A stretch of 46,949 bases of DNA from Thermoplasmata archaeon (GCA_021812305.1 JAKAOB010000002.1:1-46949); one strand, 5' to 3'. Shown: positions 28,161-37,309, counted from the stretch's first letter. Numbers and translations are program-made. The notes: generated by a model from the letters alone, not told the origin.

Positions 28161-29663
28161 GTGGCCGGCCGCGCAGCCCCGGGGTCCGTCCCGGAGCTCC
28201 GGGCCGCCCTCGCCGAGACCGGGGCGATCGGGTCGACGCTCCGCCAGCTCGCGGGACGGCTTTCCCAGCCCCTTCCCCGGGTCCGGCACGACCTGCACGC
28301 CCTGCGGGCCGCCGGGGACGTGCTGGAGATGGGCCGGGGGCTCTGGATCCTCCGGGACTTCGAGCGGCTGGAGCGCCGGGAGGACTTCGTGGACCCCGCG
28401 GAGTACGTCGAGCGATTCCTCCGCGACGGCGGCGTGGCGCTGGGCACGTACCGCGGTCCGATCACGTTCTCCTCGAACGAGCGGCTCGCCGTGCACCGGT
28501 GGTGGCCGTACGTCCAGGGCTATTCCGCCGAGTTCGTCCGCGGGCTCCTCGACCGGTCCGGCCTCGGCCGCGGCGGGACCGTCCTCGACCCGTTCGCGGG
28601 GAGCGGCACGACGCTCGTCGAGGCCCGCCGGGCCGGTCAGCGGGCGCTCGGGGTGGAGATCCTGCCGCCCGCGGCCCTCGCGGCCCGCGTCAAGACGCGG
28701 TTCGAGCTCGACGGATCGTCGCTCGCGGCGAGCGCGGAGGGCGTGCTGGCCCGGGCCCGGACGCGTCCCACGGGGGACCTGCCGTTCCTTCGGGAGACCC
28801 CGCGACAGTTCGCGCCGCGGGTGCTGGCCGACCTCACCCGTCTGCGCGACGCCCTGCCTCCGGAAGGTCGGCCGAGCGATGAGGCGCTGCGCCTGGCCTT
28901 CGGCAAGATCCTCATCCCGGTGAGCCGGCTCCGGCGCTCCCCCTGTCTCGGCTACGGGGGGCCCGACCGCCCGGAACGCGACGTCTTTCACGAGTTCGAC
29001 TCCGCGGTCGCGCGGATGCGGGAGGATCTCCGTGCGCTGCAGGCCGAGCGGCCGGACTGGGGGCCGCCGGCCCGAGTGTACACGGGCGACGCGCGCCGCC
29101 TCCGGCTCCCCCCGGCCTCCGTCGATCTGGCCGTCACGAGCCCTCCGTACGTGAACGGGATGGACTACGTGACCAACTACAAGCTGGACCTCGCCTGGCT
29201 CGGGTACGCCTCGAGCTATCCGGACCTGGTCGCGTTCCGTCGGGCCATGATCGCCTGCGACAACCTCCCCCGCGGGGACTCCGACGCCTTCCTTTCCCCG
29301 GCGCGCCTGCCGGATCCCTGGCTCGAGGAGATCCTCGGACGGATCCGCCGGAACGTCGAGCAAAAAGGGACCTACCGCCGCAACGATGTGCACGGGATCG
29401 TGCTGCGGTACTTCCTCGACCTCCTCGCCGTGCTCCGCCGGACGTTCCGGGCCCTGCGGCCCGGGGGCGGGTTCGTCCTCGTGGTCGGCGACTCCCTCCT
29501 GGCCGGGACGTATGTCCCGGGCGACCTTCTGACGGCGCGGCTCGGCGCCCGGGTCGGCTTCGAGATCGGGTCGGTCGAGGTGGCGCGCGAGCGGCGATCC
29601 GGTCAGCGCCGGAGCTTCCGGCTCCGCGAGTCGATCGTCACGCTCCGTCGCCCGCGCGGCTGA
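28161..29663 (+). CDS. Orphan amino-methyltransferase (probably N4-cytosine, alpha motif order) with N-terminal wHTH
   Basis: HRWWPYVQGYS, LDPFAGSGTT (motif I) before TSPPY (motif IV), VVGDS; N-terminal LRQLAGRL...VRHDLHAL...GRGLW. Confidence 0.85.
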   Translation: MAGRAAPGSVPELRAALAETGAIGSTLRQLAGRLSQPLPRVRHDLHALRAAGDVLEMGRGLWILRDFERLERREDFVDPAEYVERFLRDGGVALGTYRGPITFSSNERLAVHRWWPYVQGYSAEFVRGLLDRSGLGRGGTVLDPFAGSGTTLVEARRAGQRALGVEILPPAALAARVKTRFELDGSSLAASAEGVLARARTRPTGDLPFLRETPRQFAPRVLADLTRLRDALPPEGRPSDEALRLAFGKILIPVSRLRRSPCLGYGGPDRPERDVFHEFDSAVARMREDLRALQAERPDWGPPARVYTGDARRLRLPPASVDLAVTSPPYVNGMDYVTNYKLDLAWLGYASSYPDLVAFRRAMIACDNLPRGDSDAFLSPARLPDPWLEEILGRIRRNVEQKGTYRRNDVHGIVLRYFLDLLAVLRRTFRALRPGGGFVLVVGDSLLAGTYVPGDLLTARLGARVGFEIGSVEVARERRSGQRRSFRLRESIVTLRRPRG

Positions 29664-29705
29664 CGGGGGGAAGGTTCTTTTCCGAGCGGCCGTTCGGCCC
29701 GGTGG

Positions 29706-29999
29706 ATGTTCTGTCCGGTCTGCGGCCGAGCGATGGCGGGGCCCGCGAACCCGGCCGTCGCCTACCCGGTCTTCGTCTGCGCGGCCGACGGGGTCATCTT
29801 CGACCAGCGGCGCGCCGAGTGGCACGGCATGCCGGAGGTCCGCGACCGCCTCTGCTGCCCGGCGTGCGGCGCTCCGATGGAGCGCGAGCCGAAGGATCCG
29901 CCCGCCCGCATGTTCCTCTGCTACCAGTGCGGGACGACCTACGACCGCACGCGCGCGGTGTGGTACGGCCTCGCCTACCACGCGGCCGGCCCCGCGTGA
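29706..29999 (+). CDS. Double Zn-ribbon protein with internal duplication
   Basis: Two repeats of CPxCGxxM...FxCxx[DC]Gxx[FY]DxxRAxW[HY]G. Confidence 0.8.
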   Translation: MFCPVCGRAMAGPANPAVAYPVFVCAADGVIFDQRRAEWHGMPEVRDRLCCPACGAPMEREPKDPPARMFLCYQCGTTYDRTRAVWYGLAYHAAGPA

Positions 30000-30066
30000 G
30001 CCCGTCGTGCCACTGGACGAAAACCCTTACCTAATCCCGGGCCGGTGGATCGCCCGCGGGGACCCG

Positions 30067-30810
30067 ATGCCGAACGACGGCGAACCCGACTACGTCGAGC
30101 CGATCCTCGGGATCGTCTTCGACCTGGACGGGACGCTCGTCGTGAGCCGCCACGACTTCGACCGCATGCGCCGGGAGGTCATCGCGACGGCCGTCCGCCA
30201 CGGGGCCGATCCCGGCGCCCTGTCGCCGAAGGAGCCGGTCGCCCGCCTCTTCGAGGCGGTCCGCTCCGATCTGACCTCGCGCGGGAGGCCCGAGGGCGAC
30301 CTCTACCGGTTCGAGGCCGAGGCGAACCGGGCGATCGACGCGATCGAGATGGAGGCACTGCCGCGGACGACGGTGCGCGACGGCGCCGCGCCCCTCCTCG
30401 CCCACCTCTCCGAGCGCGGATACCGTCTCGGCCTTCTCACCCGCAGCGCCGAGCCGTTCGTGCGCGCCGCCCTCGCCCGGACCTCGCTCGCCGAGTACTT
30501 CCCGTACCTCCGGACCCGCAGCGCCCCGGGGCCGGCCAAACCGTCGCCCGAGGCGCTGTTCCTTCTCCTGAGCGAGATGGGGGTTCCCCCGGACCGCGCC
30601 CTGTTCGTCGGGGACCACCTGATCGATGCCGAGTGCGCGACGCGGGCCCGCGTCCACTTCTACGCGCTGCTGCCGGTGCCGGGCGACGACAACGGGATGA
30701 CGCGCGAGCGGTTCCTCGCCGCCGGGGCCGCCGCCGTCGCCGAGGACCTCCCGGACCTCGGCCGCATGCTCGGTCTCCCGGCGCGGGGCCCGTCCGCGCG
30801 GCCGGCCTGA
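30067..30810 (+). CDS. HAD-family phosphatase
   Basis: FDLDGTL, LTR, KPSPE, VGDHLID. Confidence 0.9.
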   Translation: MPNDGEPDYVEPILGIVFDLDGTLVVSRHDFDRMRREVIATAVRHGADPGALSPKEPVARLFEAVRSDLTSRGRPEGDLYRFEAEANRAIDAIEMEALPRTTVRDGAAPLLAHLSERGYRLGLLTRSAEPFVRAALARTSLAEYFPYLRTRSAPGPAKPSPEALFLLLSEMGVPPDRALFVGDHLIDAECATRARVHFYALLPVPGDDNGMTRERFLAAGAAAVAEDLPDLGRMLGLPARGPSARPA

Positions 30811-30850
30811 CCCGGACGGTTATATCGGGGCGTTCCCGCCGGGGGGAACG

Positions 30851-31357
30851 GTGCAGGTGGTCCTCGTCCGCCACGGGCCGGCCGCCCCCCGGGACCCTCA
30901 GCGGTGGCCCGACGACGAGCTCCGCCCCCTCACCCGTGAGGGCCGGTCGCTCGCGCGCGCCGCCGCACGGGGCCTCCAGCGCGCCGGGGTCCAACGCCCC
31001 TGGATCGCGTCGAGCCCGCTCGCCCGGGCGCGGGCCACGGCCGAGATCGTGGCGGGGGTCCTCGACGCCGACGGGTCCATCGAGACCTGGCCGGAGCTCC
31101 GGCCCGAGGGGACCGGTGCGGCCGTCCTCCGGCGCCTCGCCTCCCGGCGCGCGCGCGAGGGCCCCCGGCTCCTCGTCGGGCACGAGCCGAACCTCGGTCT
31201 TTTGGCCGGGCTCCTCCTCTCCGGCGAGGAGGTCCGACCCTTCCGCCTCGCGAAGTCGGGCGCGGCGCGCCTCTCCCTCCCGCGTCGGATCGCCCCCGCG
31301 GCGGCGAGCCTCGACTGGCTCCTCACCCGGAAGCAGCTCGTGCGCCTCGGCGAGTAG
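30851..31357 (+). CDS. sixA: SixA-like phosphohistidine phosphatase
   Basis: LVRHGPA, RPLT.EG, SSPLARARATA, LVGHEP. Confidence 0.88.
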   Translation: MQVVLVRHGPAAPRDPQRWPDDELRPLTREGRSLARAAARGLQRAGVQRPWIASSPLARARATAEIVAGVLDADGSIETWPELRPEGTGAAVLRRLASRRAREGPRLLVGHEPNLGLLAGLLLSGEEVRPFRLAKSGAARLSLPRRIAPAAASLDWLLTRKQLVRLGE

Positions 31358-32084
31358 ACGGCGCCCGCAGGGAGGCCTCCTCCGCCTCCTCGTCGCCGGC
31401 GGCGCGCCCGTAGAGCGGTTGGACGAGCGCGCGGACGTCCCGATGGACGAGCGCGGGCGGCCGGTTCCCGTCGACGGAGCGGAACCCGTACTCCCGGCCC
31501 ATCCAGTCGAACTCCTTGCGCAGGAGGTTCTGGTAGAGGAAGAAGCTCTCGAAGCGGTCCCGCGAGAGCGACAGGTCCATGCCGCTCTCCCAGTAGTCGA
31601 GTGAGCCGTACTTCCCGATCGCCCGGTGGAGGAGGATCTCCGGCTTCGCATCGAGGTAGATCGTGAGGTCCGGGACGACCGCGAACCCGTAGAGCCGCCG
31701 GGCCCAGTCGCGGGAGGCGCCCCGCACGACCGCCCGCGCCATGAGGGTGTAGATATAGCGGTCGGCCAGGACCGTCGAGCCGGCCGCCAGGGACGGGAGG
31801 ATCTTGTTCTCGAGCTGATCGGCGAAGTCCGCGGCGTACATGAGCGCCATCGTGGTGGCGGCGAGGGTGTGTCCCTGCTTCGCCTGCGCGATCTGCTCGC
31901 CGACGAGCGTCGAGCGGCGAAGGCCGGTGTCGACGACGGGGTGGCCGCGGATCTCGAGCCACTCCCGCAGCAGCTCGGCCTCCGTGGTCCGACCCGAGCC
32001 GTCGGCGCCCTCCAGGACGATCAGGCGGCCGCGGTAGTGCTCCTTCGACAGCCCCGGGAGGGGCGTGCCGTAGGTCCTACGCAT
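31323..32084 (-). CDS. Thymidylate-kinase-fold protein 2 with variant P-loop; probable PPK3 subunit
   Basis: GRLIVLEGADGSGRTT, ADFADQLE, ADRYIYT, LDYWESGMDL. Confidence 0.8.
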   Translation of the reverse strand: MRRTYGTPLPGLSKEHYRGRLIVLEGADGSGRTTEAELLREWLEIRGHPVVDTGLRRSTLVGEQIAQAKQGHTLAATTMALMYAADFADQLENKILPSLAAGSTVLADRYIYTLMARAVVRGASRDWARRLYGFAVVPDLTIYLDAKPEILLHRAIGKYGSLDYWESGMDLSLSRDRFESFFLYQNLLRKEFDWMGREYGFRSVDGNRPPALVHRDVRALVQPLYGRAAGDEEAEEASLRAPSTRRGARAASG

Positions 32085-32808
32085 GGACGAGCGCCTCCGT
32101 CCGCGGGAGGCCCGCGAGGAGGGGGCGGATCTCCCGGCGGACGACGTGGAGGACCTCCTCGATCGGCCGGTCGGCCGGGATCACGACGAGCGGGTCGGTG
32201 TCGGCGAGCCGGTCGTAGGCGCGCTTGAGCCGCCCCTGGAACCGCTCGTAGCTCTCGATGAGGTCGTCGGCGAGGCCGAGGTCCATGCCGGCCTCGTAGT
32301 AGGAGATCTTCTGGCGCGAGGCGAGCTTGCGCTTGAGGGACGTCTCGACCGTCACGCGGAAGTAGAACGTCTTGTCCGGGAGCGGGGCGAACCCGTAGAG
32401 GTTCCGCACCCAGCCCGGATCGCAGCCCCGGACGGTGTCCCGAGCGAAGGCCGTGTAGACGTAGCGGTCGCACACCACGATGTACCCCGCGCGCAGGGGC
32501 GGGAGGATGTGCCGCTCGAACCGATCGGCGAAGTCCGTGGCGTGGAGGAGCGAGAAGGTGGTGGGCGTGAGCAGTCCCTTCTTCTTTCCCTTCCGGATGG
32601 TCTCCGAGACGAGCTCGGAGGAGTTCCATTCGGTGAAGAAGACCCGGTAGCCTCTCGACTGGAGCCACTTGACGAGGAGCCGCGCCTGGGTCGACTTCCC
32701 GCTCCCGTCGAGCCCCTCGAAGACGACGAGGCGGCCGAGCCCGGTGGGCTTCGGGATCGGCGACGCGACGGCGGCCCGGCGATCGGGCGCGGACGGCTCA
32801 GCGCTCGT
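32077..32808 (-). CDS. Thymidylate-kinase-fold protein 1 with intact P-loop; probable PPK3 subunit; apparent ACG start
   Basis: Manual translation upstream of the called GTG: ...GLGRLVVFEGLDGSGKSTQ...FFTEWNSS...LHATDFADR...CDRYVYTAFARD...YYEAGMDL. No canonical start precedes the P-loop. Confidence 0.8.
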   Translation of the reverse strand, partial: TSAEPSAPDRRAAVASPIPKPTGLGRLVVFEGLDGSGKSTQARLLVKWLQSRGYRVFFTEWNSSELVSETIRKGKKKGLLTPTTFSLLHATDFADRFERHILPPLRAGYIVVCDRYVYTAFARDTVRGCDPGWVRNLYGFAPLPDKTFYFRVTVETSLKRKLASRQKISYYEAGMDLGLADDLIESYERFQGRLKRAYDRLADTDPLVVIPADRPIEEVLHVVRREIRPLLAGLPRTEALVHA

Positions 32809-34390
32809 GGTACACCACCCGGTACTGGAAGGTGCGGCGGAGGACCCGGGCGATCCGTTCGATGACCCGGGGGGGGAGCCCCTCGGCGGCGCGGTGGGTC
32901 GCGCGCAGGTGGACCGTGCGCTCCCGCAGCGTGAACCCGACCGGGGTCCCGTCGAGCAGCTCGGCGACGAACAGGATCGCCCCCAGCTCCACCGCGGTCC
33001 GCACCCCGGCGCGGCGGAGGACCGGTCGCCAGATCTTGCGGAGGTCGCCCGGCAGCTCGGCGCCCTCGTGCTGGAGGAGCGCGAGCGTCGCGAGCGCGAT
33101 CTGGCGGTGGTCGACGCCGAGGAACGGGAAGTTGCTCAACAGGTAGGCGGAGTGCTCCTCGTGGGCCCAGCCGGCCACGGACATGCCCGCGTCGTGCATC
33201 CCGGCCGCCACTTCGAGGGCCAGCGCCTCCGAGTCGGTCCAGCCGAACCGCGGACGGAGACGGGAGAAGAGCGCCAGGGCGCTCTGGGCGACCGCGTCTC
33301 CGTGCTCGAGCGAGAACCCGAAGGAGCGATGGGCGACCGTGAGCGACCGGCGCGCGAGCGCCCGGGCCGAGGCGGGCACGGCGATCCCCGCCGCTTCGAC
33401 CGCCGCCCCTTCGCGGATGCCCGTCCCGCTCACGACCAGACGGTCGCGGTCCGTGGCCCGCAGGACCTCCTCCACCACGATGATCCCCGCGACGATGACG
33501 TCCGCACGGTGGCCCGTCATGCCGGGCAGCTGCCGCCGCGCCGAGGCGGGCACCGAGGCCATCAGCTCCTCGAGGTCGCGCAGGGTGGCCCGCGTCAGCT
33601 CGAAGCCGTGGGTCTGGTGCAGCGGGTACCGGTTCGCCTCGATCGCCACCCGCGCCAGGCACCGGATCGTGCCTCCGACCCCATAGATCCGCTCCGGACG
33701 GCGTCCCGACTCCCTCCGGGGGAGGTCGGCGAGCGCCCGCCGGACGTGGCCGCGGAGCGCGCGCATCTCGCGGCGCTTGGGCGGGTCGTGCCGGAGGAAC
33801 CTCTGGCTCAGGCGCAGTGCCCCGAGCGGGAGGCTGGTGGACCGCCCGGGGAGTCCGCGGTGGGTCAGCACTGCCTGCAGGGAGCCCCCGCCGAGGTCGA
33901 CGATGAGGTCGTTCGCGAGCTCCCAGGCCGTGGCGACGCCGAGGTAGGCCAGACGCCCTTCCTCCTCGCCGCTGATCACTCGCAGGCGAAGGCCCGTGTC
34001 CCGCTCCACCTGGTTGACGAACGTGGGGCCGTTCGGCGCGTCGCGGATCGCGCTGGTGGCGACCGCTTCGAGCGGAGGGTTGCCCAGCCGATCGAGCTGC
34101 AGGGCGAACCGGCGGAGCGTCGCGCGCCCACGCTCGATCGCGTCCGGGGTGAGCGCGCCGTCCGGGCCGATCCCCTTGCCAAGGCGCGGTACCTCCTTCG
34201 ACTCGAACATCGACCGAAGACCCCCTTCGGCCGTCCGCTCGAAGACGACGAGTCGAGCCGTGTTCGAACCGACGTCGATCACGGCGATACGGCCGACCGG
34301 GGCCCCCGGTTGGACCATCGCGCGGAGGACACCCTCCGCCGGGGCCATCGCGACCCGGGCGGGGGCCCGCACGGGGCCGGGAAGGCTCAT
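32798..34390 (-). CDS. ppx: Exopolyphosphatase Ppx/GppA with HD domain
   Basis: IDVGSNTARL, ATSAIRDAPN, ISGEEEG, DLGGGS, GVGGT, GIREG, HDAG; start could also be 34348 or 34318. Confidence 0.92.
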   Translation of the reverse strand: MSLPGPVRAPARVAMAPAEGVLRAMVQPGAPVGRIAVIDVGSNTARLVVFERTAEGGLRSMFESKEVPRLGKGIGPDGALTPDAIERGRATLRRFALQLDRLGNPPLEAVATSAIRDAPNGPTFVNQVERDTGLRLRVISGEEEGRLAYLGVATAWELANDLIVDLGGGSLQAVLTHRGLPGRSTSLPLGALRLSQRFLRHDPPKRREMRALRGHVRRALADLPRRESGRRPERIYGVGGTIRCLARVAIEANRYPLHQTHGFELTRATLRDLEELMASVPASARRQLPGMTGHRADVIVAGIIVVEEVLRATDRDRLVVSGTGIREGAAVEAAGIAVPASARALARRSLTVAHRSFGFSLEHGDAVAQSALALFSRLRPRFGWTDSEALALEVAAGMHDAGMSVAGWAHEEHSAYLLSNFPFLGVDHRQIALATLALLQHEGAELPGDLRKIWRPVLRRAGVRTAVELGAILFVAELLDGTPVGFTLRERTVHLRATHRAAEGLPPRVIERIARVLRRTFQYRVVYHER

Positions 34391-34865
34391 GGGGCCCGTC
34401 CCGCCCCGCCCACCCCATCCCTCGGCGGGCAGGACCGGCGCGGCGCGCTCGACCGGCCGTTGACGGAGGGCCGACGCTGGGGCCGCCGACGTTCCGCGAC
34501 CGCGCCTGCCATCTGCGAGAGCTCCGAGTGGGCTCGGGTAAGGTTCAGAGTGCCGCCGCCTAAATTGGGTTTCGCCTTTACGGAATCGGTCCCCCGACGT
34601 TCCCTCTATCGCCCCGGGCGCAGGGTCCGACGAACGATCCACCGCCAGCGCCCCCGGCGGACACCGGGCCCGCTCTCCGCCCGGTCCCCGACGCGCCGGT
34701 CGACCTCGCGCGCCGCCCACACCGGGTCTTCGTTCGGGAACTCGAGCCGTGCCCACTCCCCCACGGCGCCGGGCCGGGCCCCCCGTCCGCCCGTTGCCGA
34801 CCGTCTCCTCGTCCCGCCCGACTCCCGCCGTGCCTCGAGGTCCATCCATTCGATCTCCATCGTTT

Positions 34866-35061
34866 CTACATATTTATTTCAGAACTATATATCTGCTTCT
34901 AACCAGCGGAACCGACCCGCGTGCGCCGATAAGAAATGAAGGGCAGTGGGACCGCGAGAGAGGATGCCCCGTCGGACCCCGCACCGGCGGAAGGCCGGCG
35001 TACGGTCCTTATGTGAGAGTATTGAGTAGACTATATTCTAAATTGGGAAGATATATATTTC
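34866..35061. promoter_or_regulatory. AT-rich divergent promoter region with two related palindromes (putative PHO-box/PhoU operator)
   Basis: CAGAACTATATATCTG (34880-34895) and TAGACTATATTCTA (35027-35040), plus TATATATTT before phoU. Confidence 0.6.
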
Positions 35062-35081
35062 AACCTGACCTTGGACACGCC

Positions 35082-36323
35082 ATGATGGGAAAGGAAGGAA
35101 CCCGGGACGGCGCCGTGAGCCGGTTCCCACCGAAGGGCCGGACCGAGATCGAGGAAGAGCCGTTCAGGCGGCTTCAGCGGATGGGCGCGGTGACGATCGG
35201 CGTCTCGCTTCCCAAACCCTGGGTAGCCCGGCACCGGCTCGGGGTCGGAAGTCCGATCAAGCTGCGGGCCCTGGCCGACGACTCGATCCTCCTGCGGGCG
35301 GAACCGCCGCATCCGGGAGGGCTCGGGGCGGTGGTGGCCGTCGACCGTACCGCGTCCCCCGAGCATCTCTTCCGAGACCTCGTGGGGTCGTACATCTCCG
35401 GGGCTCACGAGTTCGAGATCCTCGAGCCGGGCGGACTGCGGCCGGAGACCCGGCAGATCGTCCGGACGTTCGCGCGCCGCACGTTGCAGATCGAGATCGT
35501 CTCCGAGGACGCGGAGCGGCTGGTCCTGCGGGACGTCTCGCGCGGGGGCGACCTCGCCCTGGGACCCGTGCTTCACCGGATGTTCCAGGTGGTCTTGGAC
35601 CTCCAGCGCCAGGCGGGCGCCGCGTGGGGCGAGTCGGAACCGACGGAGGCCGTCTCGCTCGGCCTGCGGGACGACGAGGTCGATCGCTACGCTTGGCTCG
35701 TCGAGCGCGTCCTCGCCCTTCGCCTGGCCCCCGAGACGCTCGGCGAATACCCCCAGACCGCCGAGGGCCATCCCCTTCACGCCCTGCTCCTCACGCGATA
35801 TCTCGAACGGATCGCGGACCACGCGGTCAAGATCGCGGATGTGCACGCTCGCCTCGGCGGGGCCCGCCTGCCCCCTCGGCTCACGTCGGCGCTCCGGGAC
35901 CTCCATGGGCAGATCCTCCGTGCCCTCGAGGCGGCGGTCGAGGTCGCCGAGCATCCGGATTCCGCCCGGGCGAACGAGGTCATCGACACGACCGAGGCCC
36001 TGCACCAGACCCAGGAGACGCTGAGGGAGGGTCTGCTCGCCCGTGCCCGACCGGCGGACCTCACCCCCGCCGCGGCCGCCGGCCTCGGCCTGGTGCTGGA
36101 GTCCCTCGACCGGACCGTCGCGTACGCCCAGGACATCGCGGAGATCGGCCTCGACCGGGCGGCGCGCGCCGCCCTCGCGCCGGTGCCTTCCCGCGAGGGC
36201 CCCTCCGCGGCCTCCGCTTCGCCCGCGCGGTCGGCGGGCCGCACCGAGGACGCTCCGGCCCCCCGGCGGCGTCGCATCACCCCGAACGCCGCGCCGGCGG
36301 CGCGGTCGTCCGACTACAGGTAG
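35082..36323 (+). CDS. phoU: Archaeal phosphate uptake regulator (AbrB-like N-terminus plus PhoU repeats)
   Basis: RRLQRMGAVTIGVSLPKPW, RDDEVDRY, YLERIADHAVKIA, LDRTVAYAQDIAE. Confidence 0.88.
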   Translation: MMGKEGTRDGAVSRFPPKGRTEIEEEPFRRLQRMGAVTIGVSLPKPWVARHRLGVGSPIKLRALADDSILLRAEPPHPGGLGAVVAVDRTASPEHLFRDLVGSYISGAHEFEILEPGGLRPETRQIVRTFARRTLQIEIVSEDAERLVLRDVSRGGDLALGPVLHRMFQVVLDLQRQAGAAWGESEPTEAVSLGLRDDEVDRYAWLVERVLALRLAPETLGEYPQTAEGHPLHALLLTRYLERIADHAVKIADVHARLGGARLPPRLTSALRDLHGQILRALEAAVEVAEHPDSARANEVIDTTEALHQTQETLREGLLARARPADLTPAAAAGLGLVLESLDRTVAYAQDIAEIGLDRAARAALAPVPSREGPSAASASPARSAGRTEDAPAPRRRRITPNAAPAARSSDYR

Positions 36324-37309
36324 CTCGCGTAGGCGTGGATGACCGCCCGCTCGGCGGTGGCCCAGGCCTCCGGGATCGAGTTCCAGCCGTTGCGGAGATC
36401 CCCGACGCAGTACAGGCCCGGGATCGGCTCGCCGGTATCGGCCGCCAGCGCCCGGCAGTCCTCGTCGGTGACCACGTACCCGTCCCCGTCGAAGCGGCAG
36501 CCCAAAGAGCGCGGGATCTCCGAGTGCATCGAGTACCAACCCAGTCCCGAGAAGCCGCGGTCGTAGGTGCGCTCGGCCCCGTCAGCGAAGCGGACCCGGA
36601 ACTCCTTCTCCCTCAGCCCGCCGAGCTCCGCCAATTCCGCTTCGTGCACCGGGACCCGCTGCTCGGCCAGTGCCGAACGCAGCGCGAGGGCCTCACCGGG
36701 CTCGACGCCGCCGAGGAACGGCCAGCCGTGGGTGAGGATCTCCACCGACCGGGGCTCCCAGTGGAGCAGCTCGAGCGCGAGGCGCGCGGTGTAGGCGTCG
36801 TGCCCTACGACCGCGACCGAGCGCCCGGTCATGTCGTGCGCGTCGCAGAAGAGGCAGAAGTCGAACAGCGCGAAGTTCGCCCAGGGGAAGATCGTGTCGA
36901 TCTTCCCGCCGACCTCGGGCATCCGGTCCACGACGCCCATCGCGAGGACGACGGCCCGGGCGTGGACCGTGCGCGGCTGCTTGAGCCAGTCGAATGCGAC
37001 CGCGTACCCCTCCGGGGTGCGGTCGACCCGGGTCACCAGGGCGGGGGAGAAGTAGCCGACCCGGTCGCCGACCCGGCGCAGCGCGGCCGCCTGGTGATCG
37101 AGGAGGGCGTGTCCGCTGATCCCGTCCGGGAACCCGGGGATGTTGTCCATCCGCGGCGCGTAGAACGACCGGGAATACTTCGGTCCGCGATCGAGGACCG
37201 CCGCCGAGTGGTGCAGGAGACCCGCCTTGAGGCCGGCCTGCAGGCCCGCGTGGCCTCCACCGACGACCACCAGGTCGTAGGACTCCCTCAAGCGGGGAAA
37301 GCCCGGCAT
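36314..37309 (-). CDS. Thioredoxin-reductase-like flavoprotein
   Basis: YDLVVVGGGHAGL, NIPGFPDGISG, CLFCD (CxxC), GLYCVGD. Confidence 0.82.
   Translation of the reverse strand: MPGFPRLRESYDLVVVGGGHAGLQAGLKAGLLHHSAAVLDRGPKYSRSFYAPRMDNIPGFPDGISGHALLDHQAAALRRVGDRVGYFSPALVTRVDRTPEGYAVAFDWLKQPRTVHARAVVLAMGVVDRMPEVGGKIDTIFPWANFALFDFCLFCDAHDMTGRSVAVVGHDAYTARLALELLHWEPRSVEILTHGWPFLGGVEPGEALALRSALAEQRVPVHEAELAELGGLREKEFRVRFADGAERTYDRGFSGLGWYSMHSEIPRSLGCRFDGDGYVVTDEDCRALAADTGEPIPGLYCVGDLRNGWNSIPEAWATAERAVIHAYASYL

Noticed and set aside
31323..32808. Annotating the kinase pair as ordinary thymidylate kinases (tmk)
   Set aside because: Tandem divergent pair, a GRT P-loop in one copy, and ppx/sixA/phoU context argue against it.
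34391..34849. 153-aa N-terminal extension of Ppx in the ORF track
   Set aside because: Low-complexity, with no domain features, and it spans promoter-like DNA. Similar over-extensions affect purD, ubiD, hef, the ABC gene and carB, which I trimmed.
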